A stretch of 37,027 nt of DNA from an uncultured Candidatus Saccharibacteria bacterium (GTDB lineage Bacteria > Patescibacteriota > Minisyncoccia > Phycocordibacterales > Phycocordibacteraceae): contig CAYHMS010000003.1 of assembly GCA_964357805.1 (NCBI GenBank), forward strand, positions 1 through 37,027. The letters are read 5' to 3'. The translations under genes were made by a program, and so were the position numbers. Within the stretch, counting starts at the first letter, position 1; every line of letters starts with the position of its first letter. This document shows, piece after piece, positions 23,737 to 33,406 of this stretch. Below the pieces are notes generated by a model that did no database searches, was not told the DNA's origin, and worked only from the letters and a program-made list of their open reading frames with translations.

Positions 23737-24654
23737 CTAGGTGAGCTTTATCTTGCTCCAGAGACTCGGGTTGATGGCGCCGCGGTTGAGGTCGCTGAAC
23801 GCCTCTTGTATCTCGGCTACCAAACCGCTCTCTCCCCCCTTCTCAACGCCAGTATCTTCCGCGAGCTGTGCAGGAGTATCCACGCCAAACACGATGCGAT
23901 CCGCGCGGCACGCGCCATTGACGAACTGGAATGAGGATTCTACGGGCGAAAGACCGTACTTATTGCTTATTGCAATGAATTGTTCCAACTGCGGTCGTAA
24001 CGTTGCGAGATGTTCCGGCAATTCACTCGGTCGCATGAGCAGAAGCCCTTGCAAAAATGGGCTACGGGCAAAGACCGTGACTTTGTTTTTTTTTGCGATG
24101 TCAAAAAAATCGGTGGCGTCCAACCGCTGGTCAAATGCATTGTACGGCACCTGCACATAGTCAACGCCAAGCTCGGCTGCCTGGAGTGCCTCTGCTTCAT
24201 CATAGATAGACACGCCTATGTTCTTCACGAGACCATCTTCTTTTGCTTTCTGCATCCCTTTCACCATGTGCTTGAGAAATATGTAATGGGACGAGTGGAA
24301 GAGATACCCGTCGAGCGATGTTATGTTAAGTCGCTTCAGTGACTTCTCAAGTTCTGTTCGTACAATATCAACGGCTTTTGTTCCATCGGAATAATCGTTC
24401 AAAGCGTGCGGTTTCATCTTAGAAATAACCCGTACCTTGCCCGCGAGGGCGCGCACCTTAATCCACACACCGAGAACATCTTCTGCCGAACCATAAGCCC
24501 ACGCCGTATCAAACGTATCAATACCGGCCGCGAAAGCCGTGTCCAAGATTGCAAATGCCTCTTCTCTCGTCGGCTGGCCGTGAGTATTATTGAGTCCGTA
24601 CTTCATCCCAAATTGAACGGTACCGAGTACGAGTTTATTTTTTTGCGTGGTCAT
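23737..24654 (-). CDS. Aldo/keto reductase
   Basis: LVLGTVQFGMKYG...DTAWAYGSAEDVLG...HS...SIYD: AKR (TIM-barrel) motif spacing, 305 aa. Confidence 0.8.
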   Translation of the reverse strand: MTTQKNKLVLGTVQFGMKYGLNNTHGQPTREEAFAILDTAFAAGIDTFDTAWAYGSAEDVLGVWIKVRALAGKVRVISKMKPHALNDYSDGTKAVDIVRTELEKSLKRLNITSLDGYLFHSSHYIFLKHMVKGMQKAKEDGLVKNIGVSIYDEAEALQAAELGVDYVQVPYNAFDQRLDATDFFDIAKKNKVTVFARSPFLQGLLLMRPSELPEHLATLRPQLEQFIAISNKYGLSPVESSFQFVNGACRADRIVFGVDTPAQLAEDTGVEKGGESGLVAEIQEAFSDLNRGAINPSLWSKIKLT

Positions 24655-25424
24655 ACAGATTTTTTAAACGCCTCATCTTCTTTCAAAGATTTTTCTAGAC
24701 CCTCATAGCCCGTACCTCCTTTATTTATTTCCAAAAGTTCCGGTCGTTGTGCGAGCAAGGCGAGAACATCGTCTTTATTAAAACTCGGATTTATGGGATA
24801 AAGTTGCTCGTATATTTTTGCCACAAAATCGAAATCCTGCTCGGTATCCACCGACCAGTGCATGGCGGAATGGTCGCCGCCGCCGCTCGTCCACGCGCCA
24901 TCAATATGAAATAATTCCGGATGATTGCGAATGTAGGGTGTTACATGCTCGCGTTCCGAAGGCAGCTTCGCTTCCTTCCATGCGCGCTCAAGCGCTTCAA
25001 ACGAAAATACTTCCGTATCTAATCCTTCTGGATAATTCGCAGGGGAGTGCGTGTAATCAACTTTACTGTTCAAGAAATGTCCAATGACTTCATCAATAAC
25101 TGCAGGGTCGTGGAGCGGACAATCACCCGTGAGGCGCACGACAACACCCGCTCCGGTCTCTTTAGCCGCTTTATAAAACCGGTCTAGCACATCGTGTTCA
25201 TCGCCGCGGAAGACCTGCACGCCGCATCTTTTCGCGAGTTCTGCGGTCGCATCATCTTCTGGCTTATCCGTCGTCGCAACGACGACCGCATCGAGCTTCT
25301 TCGCGCGCTTCACGCGCTCCAGCATCCGCGCGAGCATCGGCTCGCTCAATATCGGCTTCAGTATCTTCCCCGGCAATCGTGTTGACCCCATCCGCGCTTG
25401 AATAATGCCGACTGTTTCCGTCAT
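24651..25424 (-). CDS. SpsF-like cytidylyltransferase (CMP-sugar/acylneuraminate cytidylyltransferase superfamily)
   Basis: GIIQARMGSTRLPGKILKPI...VVVATTD...RGDEHDVLDRF...RLTGDCPL. Confidence 0.75.
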   Translation of the reverse strand: MTETVGIIQARMGSTRLPGKILKPILSEPMLARMLERVKRAKKLDAVVVATTDKPEDDATAELAKRCGVQVFRGDEHDVLDRFYKAAKETGAGVVVRLTGDCPLHDPAVIDEVIGHFLNSKVDYTHSPANYPEGLDTEVFSFEALERAWKEAKLPSEREHVTPYIRNHPELFHIDGAWTSGGGDHSAMHWSVDTEQDFDFVAKIYEQLYPINPSFNKDDVLALLAQRPELLEINKGGTGYEGLEKSLKEDEAFKKSV

Positions 25425-25431
25425 ATTATTA

Positions 25432-26772
25432 TTAGTTCAATCGCGCGAAATGGGAATGCGCGATGGGACCTTTGAGACGTTTGCGCACCGAATCGGTGTC
25501 CAGCGCTTTGCGAATTTCGGCGAACACGCCGTCAAGAGCTTTGCTATACCGTTTGATATGCGCAGACGTGTGCGCACACGACGGGTTGAATTCGGTTGAG
25601 GCGAGGAATCCACGCTCAAGCATTTCTTGCGTAAAAAGAGTTTTCAGCGCTTGTGCGTCGTCATACTGGAAAGAAAATAAATTGTAAGGGACTGTTCCGC
25701 CGATGTTGATTTTCAGTCCGTGTTTTTTTGCTACACTCGCCCAGCCCGCGCGCATCTGCGCGGCCGCGGCCTTGATGCGCTTTGGCACGTTCACCTTCTT
25801 CATCTTCTTCAAGGTCGCGAGCGCGGCCGCAGGGCCCGTGCGGTCGGTCCAGTAGGTGCTTGAGATAAACGTGTCCTGCGCCGCTTGCATGACGGCGCGC
25901 TTCCCGATAATCGCCGCCATCGGGAAGCCGTTGCTCATCGCTTTGCTGAATACCGCCATATCCGGATTGACGCCATATATAAGGTGCGCCCCGCCGTAGG
26001 TGAGTTTCCAACCGATGGACACTTCGTCAAAGATAAGCACCGCGCCGGTTTTGTCGGCAATCGCACGAATTTTTTTAAGAAAATTATCTTTCGGCTCCTC
26101 GCTGTGAAGCGGTTCCATGACAATTGCCGCGAGCCGTTTGCCTGCATGCTTCACGATTGCTTCCAGCTCTTCAAGATGGTTGTAGCGGAACGGCAGGATG
26201 CTTCCGCGCAATCCTCGCGGCACGCCCTTCGCGTCAAGCCCGGCGAGCAAATGTTCCTTGAGCCCGTCGGTCGTGCCGAGATTCGTCGCCAGATACCAAT
26301 CGGCCCACCCGTGATACCCGCAAAAGGCGATAATATCGCGGTCGGTATGGGCGCGCGCGATGCGCACCGCGATAGCCATCGCCTCCCCTCCGCCGCGCGC
26401 AAAGCGCGCCATATGCGCCCAGGGGTGTAGAGCGCATAAGAGTTCAGCAAGCTCCACTTCTTCGGGTGCGTTCAGAGTGGACATAGAACCGCGGTTTACA
26501 GCGTCTTTGACCGCTTTGTTTACGTCAGGGTCGGCATAGCCCAAGAGACAGCTCCCCACCGCCATCCTGCCCATATCGTAATAATGGTTGCTGTCGAGGT
26601 CCCATACTTCGCACCCTTTCGCTTTTGAGTAATACGCCGGCCACTGGTCGGGCAGGAACATCTCCGCGCGCTTGGAGAGCAGTTGGTTCCCGCCCGGGAT
26701 CAGCTTCTTAGCTTTCTGCCATAATTTCTGCCCGGTTCCTTTTTTGCTGCCATATTTTTTTGCTTTTTTCAT
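25432..26772 (-). CDS. Class-III PLP aminotransferase (glutamate-1-semialdehyde aminomutase-like)
   Basis: LIPGGNQLLSKR...DLDSNHYYDM...GGGEAMAIAVRIARA...IFDEVSIGWKLTYGG...VFSKAMSNGFP (the PLP-binding Lys context). Confidence 0.8.
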   Translation of the reverse strand: MKKAKKYGSKKGTGQKLWQKAKKLIPGGNQLLSKRAEMFLPDQWPAYYSKAKGCEVWDLDSNHYYDMGRMAVGSCLLGYADPDVNKAVKDAVNRGSMSTLNAPEEVELAELLCALHPWAHMARFARGGGEAMAIAVRIARAHTDRDIIAFCGYHGWADWYLATNLGTTDGLKEHLLAGLDAKGVPRGLRGSILPFRYNHLEELEAIVKHAGKRLAAIVMEPLHSEEPKDNFLKKIRAIADKTGAVLIFDEVSIGWKLTYGGAHLIYGVNPDMAVFSKAMSNGFPMAAIIGKRAVMQAAQDTFISSTYWTDRTGPAAALATLKKMKKVNVPKRIKAAAAQMRAGWASVAKKHGLKINIGGTVPYNLFSFQYDDAQALKTLFTQEMLERGFLASTEFNPSCAHTSAHIKRYSKALDGVFAEIRKALDTDSVRKRLKGPIAHSHFARLN

Positions 26773-26774
26773 AG

Positions 26775-27437
26775 TTATGCGGCGTATCCGATGCCCAATT
26801 TTTTCTGGTACAATGTCACAACTGCACGCATATTATCTGGCGTACGCGTGTTTATCTGCTTGTTGGTCCGATAATCATGTATAAACCGTTCGACGAGCCG
26901 GTAATTGCCAGTCGCTTCGAAAAGCGCACCATAGTCCATTTTCCAGGTGGAGACGCCGCTCTTGAGATGATGATAATGATTCCTGCGCGGTGTGCGGGGT
27001 AAAAAGTCGCTTACCAGAAGATACCCGCCCTCGGCAACAACGCGATCTATCTCGACGATGGAAGCGAGAAGCTCTTCTCGCGAAACCCAATGCAGGACAA
27101 ATATAACAAGCACGAGATCGAACACACTTTTAACCGGCAATGCGGAAGCCACTCCGCGTAGCAACATCAGTTTCGGGAAAGCTTTCTTCCCTGCTCGTAC
27201 CGCCGCACGCGATGGCTCGACGCCGACATATGAAACGCGCGGTCGGCGCATACGCAGCGCTTCAAGCCGCCAACCATTGCTCGCTCCCACTTCAAGTACG
27301 CTTTTTGGTGCAAGCTTATGGCGGCGCAGAAGCATGAGTGGGATGTCGCCGGTGCGCTTCACAGGAGCGAGCGCGTGCGCGTTGCGTTTGTACCATGCAT
27401 CGGCCTCACTTTTTAAAAAAATATCCTCTTGTGTCAT
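26775..27437 (-). CDS. SAM-dependent methyltransferase (resembles the pseudaminic-acid-associated methylase family)
   Basis: Motif I VLEVGASNG; VGVEPS; LVLVIFVLHWV. It sits directly downstream of pseB-pseC. Confidence 0.6.
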   Translation of the reverse strand: MTQEDIFLKSEADAWYKRNAHALAPVKRTGDIPLMLLRRHKLAPKSVLEVGASNGWRLEALRMRRPRVSYVGVEPSRAAVRAGKKAFPKLMLLRGVASALPVKSVFDLVLVIFVLHWVSREELLASIVEIDRVVAEGGYLLVSDFLPRTPRRNHYHHLKSGVSTWKMDYGALFEATGNYRLVERFIHDYRTNKQINTRTPDNMRAVVTLYQKKLGIGYAA

Positions 27438-28576
27438 ATTGAGGCAAGTATATGTTTCAGTGTATCAGCAACATACTTCTGCTGCTTCTGCGTGATGCTC
27501 GGGAACAACGGAATGGAAATTTCTGATGCGACAAATGCCTCGGCGTTCGGGCAAATACCTTTTTTATAGCCAAGTTTCTCATAAAAAAGATGCTGGTAGA
27601 CCGGTAGGTGATGCACCTGTACGCCGATGCCCGCCCCGCGGAGCGCGGCAAAAATTTCGTCGCGGCGATGTGCGATGTTCGGTGCGAGGCGTATAGGATA
27701 CAGATGCCATGCCGATTTTTCATACGTACGTTCGGCTGATGGAAGTATGAGATTCGGAACATGTGCCAGTAATTTTTGGTATCGCTTTGCCGCTGCACGG
27801 CGTTTCGCAATAAATGAATCCAGACGCTTTAATTGACTCTCGCCAAGCGCCGCCGACATCTCTGGCATGCGGTAATTAAATCCGAGCTCCTGCATCTCCT
27901 GATACCACTCACCGTGCTCTTTTCGCGTGAACGTTTTTGTGTCTTTGCTAATGCCGTGACTGCGGAATAGTTTAAGTTTTGTGTTGAATATCGGATTATT
28001 CGTCACGATGGCACCGCCCTCGCCTGTGGTGATAGATTTCACCGGATGGAAGCTGAACATTGTCATATCCGCCTGTGCACCTATTGATTTACCACGATAT
28101 GAAGCACCTAACGCCTGCGCCGCGTCCTCAATGAAAACAAGCTTGTGTTTCTTCGCGAGCGCGCGGAATGCGCGCAGGTCTGCCGGGCGGCCGCCGTAAT
28201 CAACCGGCACAATCGCTTTTGTTTTCTTCGTTATCTTTTTACGCGCATCGGCAACGCTCATATTCCCGGCCTGTATATCGGAATCAGCGAACACTGGCGT
28301 CGCGCCGAGGTAGAGCGCGGCGTTCGCCGTGGCGGCGAATGTTAAGGCCGGTACGATGACCTCATCACCCTTCCCCACTCCTGCGGCGAAATATGCCGCA
28401 TGGAGCGCGGCGGTGCCGGAGTTGAAGGCGATGGCGAATTTTGTTCCGGCTTTTTTTGCGAGCGCTTTTTCAAACCGCTCCAGCGCGGGACCTTGTGTCA
28501 GATACGGTGAGCGCAGAACCTTCTGCACTGCCCTGATATCGGCTTCATTGATGTCTTGCGTGGAGTACGGGATCAT
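27434..28576 (-). CDS. pseC: DegT-family aminotransferase, PseC-like (UDP-4-amino-4,6-dideoxy-AltNAc transaminase)
   Basis: MIPYSTQDINEADIRAVQKVLRSPYLTQGPALERFEKALA...FSFHPVKSITTGEGG. Start ATG at 28576, 2 nt after the pseB stop. Confidence 0.75.
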   Translation of the reverse strand: MIPYSTQDINEADIRAVQKVLRSPYLTQGPALERFEKALAKKAGTKFAIAFNSGTAALHAAYFAAGVGKGDEVIVPALTFAATANAALYLGATPVFADSDIQAGNMSVADARKKITKKTKAIVPVDYGGRPADLRAFRALAKKHKLVFIEDAAQALGASYRGKSIGAQADMTMFSFHPVKSITTGEGGAIVTNNPIFNTKLKLFRSHGISKDTKTFTRKEHGEWYQEMQELGFNYRMPEMSAALGESQLKRLDSFIAKRRAAAKRYQKLLAHVPNLILPSAERTYEKSAWHLYPIRLAPNIAHRRDEIFAALRGAGIGVQVHHLPVYQHLFYEKLGYKKGICPNAEAFVASEISIPLFPSITQKQQKYVADTLKHILASI

Positions 28577-28578
28577 GT

Positions 28579-29616
28579 TCAAGCCAACACCTCCTTTGCA
28601 CGCTTCGCGGGAAGAAGACACCGCTTGTGGTCGCTTGAGTGGACGGCGCCTTTAGGGAGCAGAGGGTAGTGGACGAGCGAGTTAGGGCGAGCCCAGCTCG
28701 TGAACTCAGGTTCGATGACGTACATTGAGCCGGTGTCGCGTGTGCGCTTAGACTCATACTCGGTGATGATGGTCTCGTGGATTTTCTCTCCCGGGCGCAT
28801 GCCAATCACCGTCAGTGTGCACTCCGGCGCAAGCGCCTTGATAAGGTCGATAACCTTGGTCGAGGACATCTTGGGGATAAATATCTCGCCGCTTTCCATC
28901 AGCAAGAGCACCTCGATGACGTGACCGATGACCTTATCAATGTGTATCCAATAGCGAGTCATGCGTTTGTCGGTGAGCGGAATGACACCGCTCGCGCGCT
29001 GTTTTTCTATAAGATCGACGATGCTACCGCGACTCCCCAGCACGTTGCCATACCGTATGACGCTGATGCGGGTTGTGCCCTTCGTCCCGCGATAGGAGTT
29101 GGCGGCAATAGCAAGACGCTCGGCACACATCTTGGTGGCGCCGTAGAGATTGACCGGATGAACTGCCTTGTCGGAGGAAATGACGAGGAGTTGCGCGACA
29201 TTGCAATCAAGCGCCGCCTCGATGACATTGCGCGTGCCGATGACATTGGTATCGATAGCTTCAGTGGGATTGTACTCAAGGGCGGGCACCTGCTTGAGCG
29301 CGGCGGCGTGGATGACGATATCGACGCCATTAAACGCACGCAGTAATCGCTCTTTGTTGCGAACATCTCCGAGAAAAAAAAGCAGACGCGAGTCCTTGAA
29401 TTCGCGCGCCATCTCGCTCTGCTTAAACTCGTCGCGCGAGAATACGACGACCCGGAACACCTTCGGAATGGCAAGCAGATGGCGCACGATGGCGCGCCCG
29501 AAAGTCCCTGTCCCTCCTGTAATGAGGATATTTTTGCCGTGTAAATGCGTCATTTTCATAGTGGAAATAGAGTATCTAAAAATACGAGATGTGTCAAATT
29601 TTTTATTATTGGCCAT
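28579..29616 (-). CDS. pseB: UDP-GlcNAc 4,6-dehydratase (inverting), PseB/FlaA1-like
   Basis: It matches H. pylori FlaA1, as I recall that sequence, block by block: ILITGGTGTFG, FSRDEFKQSEMA, GDVRNKERL, NLYGATK (SYK triad), TDKRMTRYWIHID, GEIFIPKMSSTKVIDLIKALAP, GMRPGEK. The start is ATG 29616, or 29559/29553. Confidence 0.85.
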   Translation of the reverse strand: MANNKKFDTSRIFRYSISTMKMTHLHGKNILITGGTGTFGRAIVRHLLAIPKVFRVVVFSRDEFKQSEMAREFKDSRLLFFLGDVRNKERLLRAFNGVDIVIHAAALKQVPALEYNPTEAIDTNVIGTRNVIEAALDCNVAQLLVISSDKAVHPVNLYGATKMCAERLAIAANSYRGTKGTTRISVIRYGNVLGSRGSIVDLIEKQRASGVIPLTDKRMTRYWIHIDKVIGHVIEVLLLMESGEIFIPKMSSTKVIDLIKALAPECTLTVIGMRPGEKIHETIITEYESKRTRDTGSMYVIEPEFTSWARPNSLVHYPLLPKGAVHSSDHKRCLLPAKRAKEVLA

Positions 29617-30596
29617 TACAGAGATTTTCGTATCAAATACACCAGCCGAGAGCCCGTGCCAGATATTTTTGACTTGAATAGACTTATACCTTTCTCGCGC
29701 TCGGAAGTGAAAACGGGTCCCAAGTCATAGTAGCGGATACCGCGCGCGAGCAACTCTTCCACTGCCCTACATTGTAGCTGATAGCCGATGCACGACTTGC
29801 TCATTTCTGGCGCGACCGCAACCGAACCATAGTATGCCGTACCTTTATACACATTTATGAGTGCCATGCCCGCAATGGCGCCCGTTTTCTTATGTCTAGC
29901 AACGACATAAAAACCTTCTCCCTCCCTCGCCGAGTCCGTTTGTTTACCATAACTTTCTCTTGACCTGAACTGGCCTCCGGCATCGGAAACATGCAACGCA
30001 AAATACTTTTCCTCCAACTCAAGAGATATGCACGCTCCTTCTGCAACAGAAAGCTCAAAGAATGGCGAGAAGCGTTTGTAGTCATATCGAGAGCATACGC
30101 GGACCAATAGCTGTGGCATAACTTCCGTGAAGTGGTGTTCAGAGATAATTGTTTCGTATCCATTCCGAAAAGCGATGCGGCGTACCCGCGACTCCTCATT
30201 GCTGGTATTCTGCGGTGGCGCAAAAAAGACGAAGATACTCTCTGCGCCCGCTTTGCGGGCGCGTTGCTCCAGTTCTGTACATGCAAAATCTTCCAATGCT
30301 TCTCTATTCTGCACATCCTTTCTGAAGCACGGCCACGGGAGAAATCCCGAGTAGTAAGCGGCTTGAAGAGTACCCTCCCGTTCTTCGATTATGAGCGGCA
30401 CGACACCAACAGCCCGTCCTCTGTCATATACAAAAAAAGAAAGGTCCCTCGCTGCATATTTCTCTCCTGCACAGAGATTGAACTCGTGCGAGAGCCACGT
30501 ATGCCACAGCCATCCGTCGCTGGAGGCATCCACTATCTCTTGCCAAAGTTTTGGCGCTCCGTCCACTTTTGCTATATCAATTGCTTGTAGGTCCAT
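29616..30596 (-). CDS. FemAB/BioF2-like GNAT-fold acyl- or aminoacyl-transferase
   Basis: I prefer the ATG at 30596 (MDLQAIDIAKV...). The upstream ~100 codons of the track ORF overlap the preceding gene. The C-terminal block GFYVVARHKKTGAIAGMALINVYKGTAYYGSVAVAPEMSKSCIGYQLQCRAVEELLARGIRYYDLG resembles FemX/FemAB and Acetyltransf_6. Confidence 0.5.
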   Translation of the reverse strand: MDLQAIDIAKVDGAPKLWQEIVDASSDGWLWHTWLSHEFNLCAGEKYAARDLSFFVYDRGRAVGVVPLIIEEREGTLQAAYYSGFLPWPCFRKDVQNREALEDFACTELEQRARKAGAESIFVFFAPPQNTSNEESRVRRIAFRNGYETIISEHHFTEVMPQLLVRVCSRYDYKRFSPFFELSVAEGACISLELEEKYFALHVSDAGGQFRSRESYGKQTDSAREGEGFYVVARHKKTGAIAGMALINVYKGTAYYGSVAVAPEMSKSCIGYQLQCRAVEELLARGIRYYDLGPVFTSEREKGISLFKSKISGTGSRLVYLIRKSL

Positions 30597-32439
30597 GTTG
30601 TTTCCGTGAAAGCCGTCTGATGAATGCTCCCATACGCTCAGATGATTTCCCATCGAAGGAACATCTCTCAAGAAAATGCTTCTGTCGCGCCAGAAGTTCT
30701 TCGCGATACAACGAATCGGCAAAAATGCGTGCAAGAACATCAACAAGCTCCCCCGCAGTATGAGTGAGCGGCGCCGCAGGTGCGTACACCTGTGCATTGC
30801 AGGTATCAAAGGATTTCCATGGATACAAGACGAGAGGCTTCTGTGCCAGCATTGTTTCATAGATGACCGTTGAATTTCCGCACACCACGGCATCACTCGC
30901 GCATACAAGCGGGAAAAGTTCTTCGCTTCCGGCTATCGCGCTATCGGCGGGAAATAATTCTTGAATATATTCCCGCATCGCTCCATCACACTCATGGCGG
31001 CGAAATTTAAAAAGCACCTGCATACCGGGAATCGTGCTCTGCGCCGCATGGACCGCTTCAAAGAACTCGGCACATTGATACGAATCAAATGCGGACGTAT
31101 TTACATCGGAAAACGGCACTGCAACGAGGAGGACCGGTCGCGTATGGTCGAGTCCGAGTTGTGCGAGCATCTGTTTCCCTTTTTCAAGCGCACCGGCCCG
31201 CGCGTTAACATACCCATCAAAGCGCGGCGAGCCTATCGCGATAAGCCGCTCGCGCGGACGACCCATGCGTTCATGCCACGCATTTGTGTCAGCGCCGTAG
31301 GTCGCAAGATAGTCGGTCTCAAAACGGGAATACGCCGTGCGGAGGTCGAAAGAGTTTATCCCGTGCTGCAACTCTATAGAAGGTATGGCGAGCTGTGCGG
31401 CGACGCGCGCCATGATGAAAAAGTAGTGATGCCGACCGGCGACGGATGCCGACTGGAGCACGACATCCGGTTTTTCCTCTTCCATGATGCGGCGCACCGC
31501 GCCTATGTCGGCGATAACTCGCAGTGCATAGGAGGCCACGAGATATTCGCATGCCTGCAGTACAGGACTCCAGTCGAGTCCTTCTCGCGCGCTGGCGAAG
31601 TATTCTGCGACTTCTTTTTTTGCCGTTTCCCACTGCTTCGCAAACTTCGCTGAAATCCGAACGGCTTCCTTCCTCTCTTCACCATGTATCTCATCACGAG
31701 GATGCCGGACGCGGATGCGATGGGCAAGTAATTGCCGCCAGGATATCTGCTTGAGCGCGCCGCTTTCCATAAGTACGAGCTCCACATCGTCCATCTTCTC
31801 TATAATCGGTGCGATATGCGACCAATACTCGCCGGCATATATCTTGAGACTGCGACGTGGTACGAAACTGATGATGCTATTATATATCCGTATAAGGAGC
31901 GACTTCCTTACGGTCTGAAAAAACGGGGGTGCAGGAGACGCTACCAATTTACCGAGAACGTCGAAGCGCAGACCAGCCATGCGTGCCGCATCCGTGGCTA
32001 TCCGTCGCTCGAAAGACACCAGACACTCGTCGGTTGACCTGTCCTCTATGATAAGGGCGGGAATGGAGACGTGTGCGCCAGGGTACGTTTTTTTAAGAGC
32101 CGCATATATCCGCACGTAATAAAATAGCTTGGACAGATATTCTTCCAGTATTGGTTCTACGACTTCGGCAATCCGAATATTATTGTACTCAAAAAATTTC
32201 ATAGCGGGCAGATGATACCACTTATATGCGACCTCTTGGGCGAGGAGCCACCACTCTTCTTCCGTATGCTCCGGAATCACCACATCTCTTAGAGAGACGC
32301 ATGGAACACCCTTTTTTATAAGCTCCCGCTCAACCAAGAAATTAAGGCACACTATTGTTGCATCGCGCGCCGCGTGCGCGCGCGCGAGGTCTACATGCCA
32401 TAATTCGTAGGCTATACATAGCTCCTTTGGTTCGGTCAT
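30577..32439 (-). CDS. 620-aa uncharacterised protein with a GT-B-like C-terminal half (TagF/glycerophosphotransferase-like or capsule-synthesis-like)
   Basis: Start ATG at 32439 (MTEPKELCIAY). C-terminal motifs: IAIGSPRFDGYV, RPVLLVAVPF, VVCGNSTVIYETMLAQKPLVLYPW. I recognised no family for the N-terminal half. Confidence 0.35.
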   Translation of the reverse strand: MTEPKELCIAYELWHVDLARAHAARDATIVCLNFLVERELIKKGVPCVSLRDVVIPEHTEEEWWLLAQEVAYKWYHLPAMKFFEYNNIRIAEVVEPILEEYLSKLFYYVRIYAALKKTYPGAHVSIPALIIEDRSTDECLVSFERRIATDAARMAGLRFDVLGKLVASPAPPFFQTVRKSLLIRIYNSIISFVPRRSLKIYAGEYWSHIAPIIEKMDDVELVLMESGALKQISWRQLLAHRIRVRHPRDEIHGEERKEAVRISAKFAKQWETAKKEVAEYFASAREGLDWSPVLQACEYLVASYALRVIADIGAVRRIMEEEKPDVVLQSASVAGRHHYFFIMARVAAQLAIPSIELQHGINSFDLRTAYSRFETDYLATYGADTNAWHERMGRPRERLIAIGSPRFDGYVNARAGALEKGKQMLAQLGLDHTRPVLLVAVPFSDVNTSAFDSYQCAEFFEAVHAAQSTIPGMQVLFKFRRHECDGAMREYIQELFPADSAIAGSEELFPLVCASDAVVCGNSTVIYETMLAQKPLVLYPWKSFDTCNAQVYAPAAPLTHTAGELVDVLARIFADSLYREELLARQKHFLERCSFDGKSSERMGAFIRRLSRKQHGPTSN

Positions 32440-32455
32440 GGTTGCGCAGTTTTTG

Positions 32456-33406
32456 CTAGTGTGCGACGTACTTGTTGTTCCGGGCCTTTTTTGCTCCCGG
32501 ATACTGATAGGGTCCCAATGCATCTACCATAGCGGATGTGTACGGATGAATGATGAACATGCTTTTCGTTTCCAAGGTGTGGCTCATTTCCTCGGTAGTC
32601 AAGAGTGCTTCGCGTAACTTTTCTCCGGGTCGCATACCGATGAAAGAGAGCATTGTCTTTTTACTGTTCCCATATTTTGCTATAGCAGCTTTAGCGAAGT
32701 CTACGATGAAGCGTTCTTTCATTTTCAGCACAAAAATTTCTCCCCCCTTCATGAGGCGCATCCCCTCAAAGATAAATCGAACCGCTTCCGGTATTTCCAT
32801 AAAGAAACGGAGCGCTTTTCGATGAGTGACCGTTACCGGGCCGCCAGCTTCTATCTGCTTGCGCCAAAGATGAATGACCGACCCGCGCGAGTTCAGCACA
32901 TTGCCAAACCGCACGGCAGAAAATCTCGTGCGAGACGGGCCGGTCATAAGGTTTGCGGCAATAATGAGCCGCTCCATCATGAGCTTGGAGGCACCAAGCA
33001 CCGACTCGGGACTTACCGCCTTGTCGGTTGAGATAGCGACTACTTTTTCAAGATTGTGCTTAATGCTGACATCGATGACATTTTGAGTTCCTACAATGTT
33101 CGTCTTCACCGCTTCGAACGGATTATATTCGCATACCGGAACGTGCTTCAGCGCGGCAGCATGAAAGCAAATATCCGCTCCCTGAAAAGCGAAATCAAGA
33201 CGGTCCCTATCCCGAACATCACCGACAAGATACCGAAGACGCTTGTCATCGCCGAGCTCCTGATTAAGCTCGTGCTGTTTATGCTCATCTCGGCTGTAGA
33301 TGCGTATTTGGGCCGCCTTGGTCGCGAGCAACTGACGGACAATTTCTGACCCAATAGAGCCGGTTCCGCCCGTCACGAGAATAACTTTATTTTTGAACTC
33401 TTTCAT
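32456..33406 (-). CDS. PglF/CapD/WbpM-type (probably retaining) UDP-GlcNAc 4,6-dehydratase
   Basis: VILVTGGTGSIGSEI, YSRDEHKQHEL, GDVRDRDRL, HAAALKHVP. The SDR Tyr position reads L (SVLGASK), whereas PseB has NLYGATK. Confidence 0.75.
   Translation of the reverse strand: MKEFKNKVILVTGGTGSIGSEIVRQLLATKAAQIRIYSRDEHKQHELNQELGDDKRLRYLVGDVRDRDRLDFAFQGADICFHAAALKHVPVCEYNPFEAVKTNIVGTQNVIDVSIKHNLEKVVAISTDKAVSPESVLGASKLMMERLIIAANLMTGPSRTRFSAVRFGNVLNSRGSVIHLWRKQIEAGGPVTVTHRKALRFFMEIPEAVRFIFEGMRLMKGGEIFVLKMKERFIVDFAKAAIAKYGNSKKTMLSFIGMRPGEKLREALLTTEEMSHTLETKSMFIIHPYTSAMVDALGPYQYPGAKKARNNKYVAH

Noticed and set aside
23716-23934. 72-aa plus-strand ORF just downstream of operator copy 2, a tempting second gene for the PaaX-like cassette.
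   Set aside because: Nearly all of it overlaps the conserved C-terminus of the aldo/keto reductase on the opposite strand (..INPSLWSKIKLT). No motif, no -10 element in copy 2, and no RBS.
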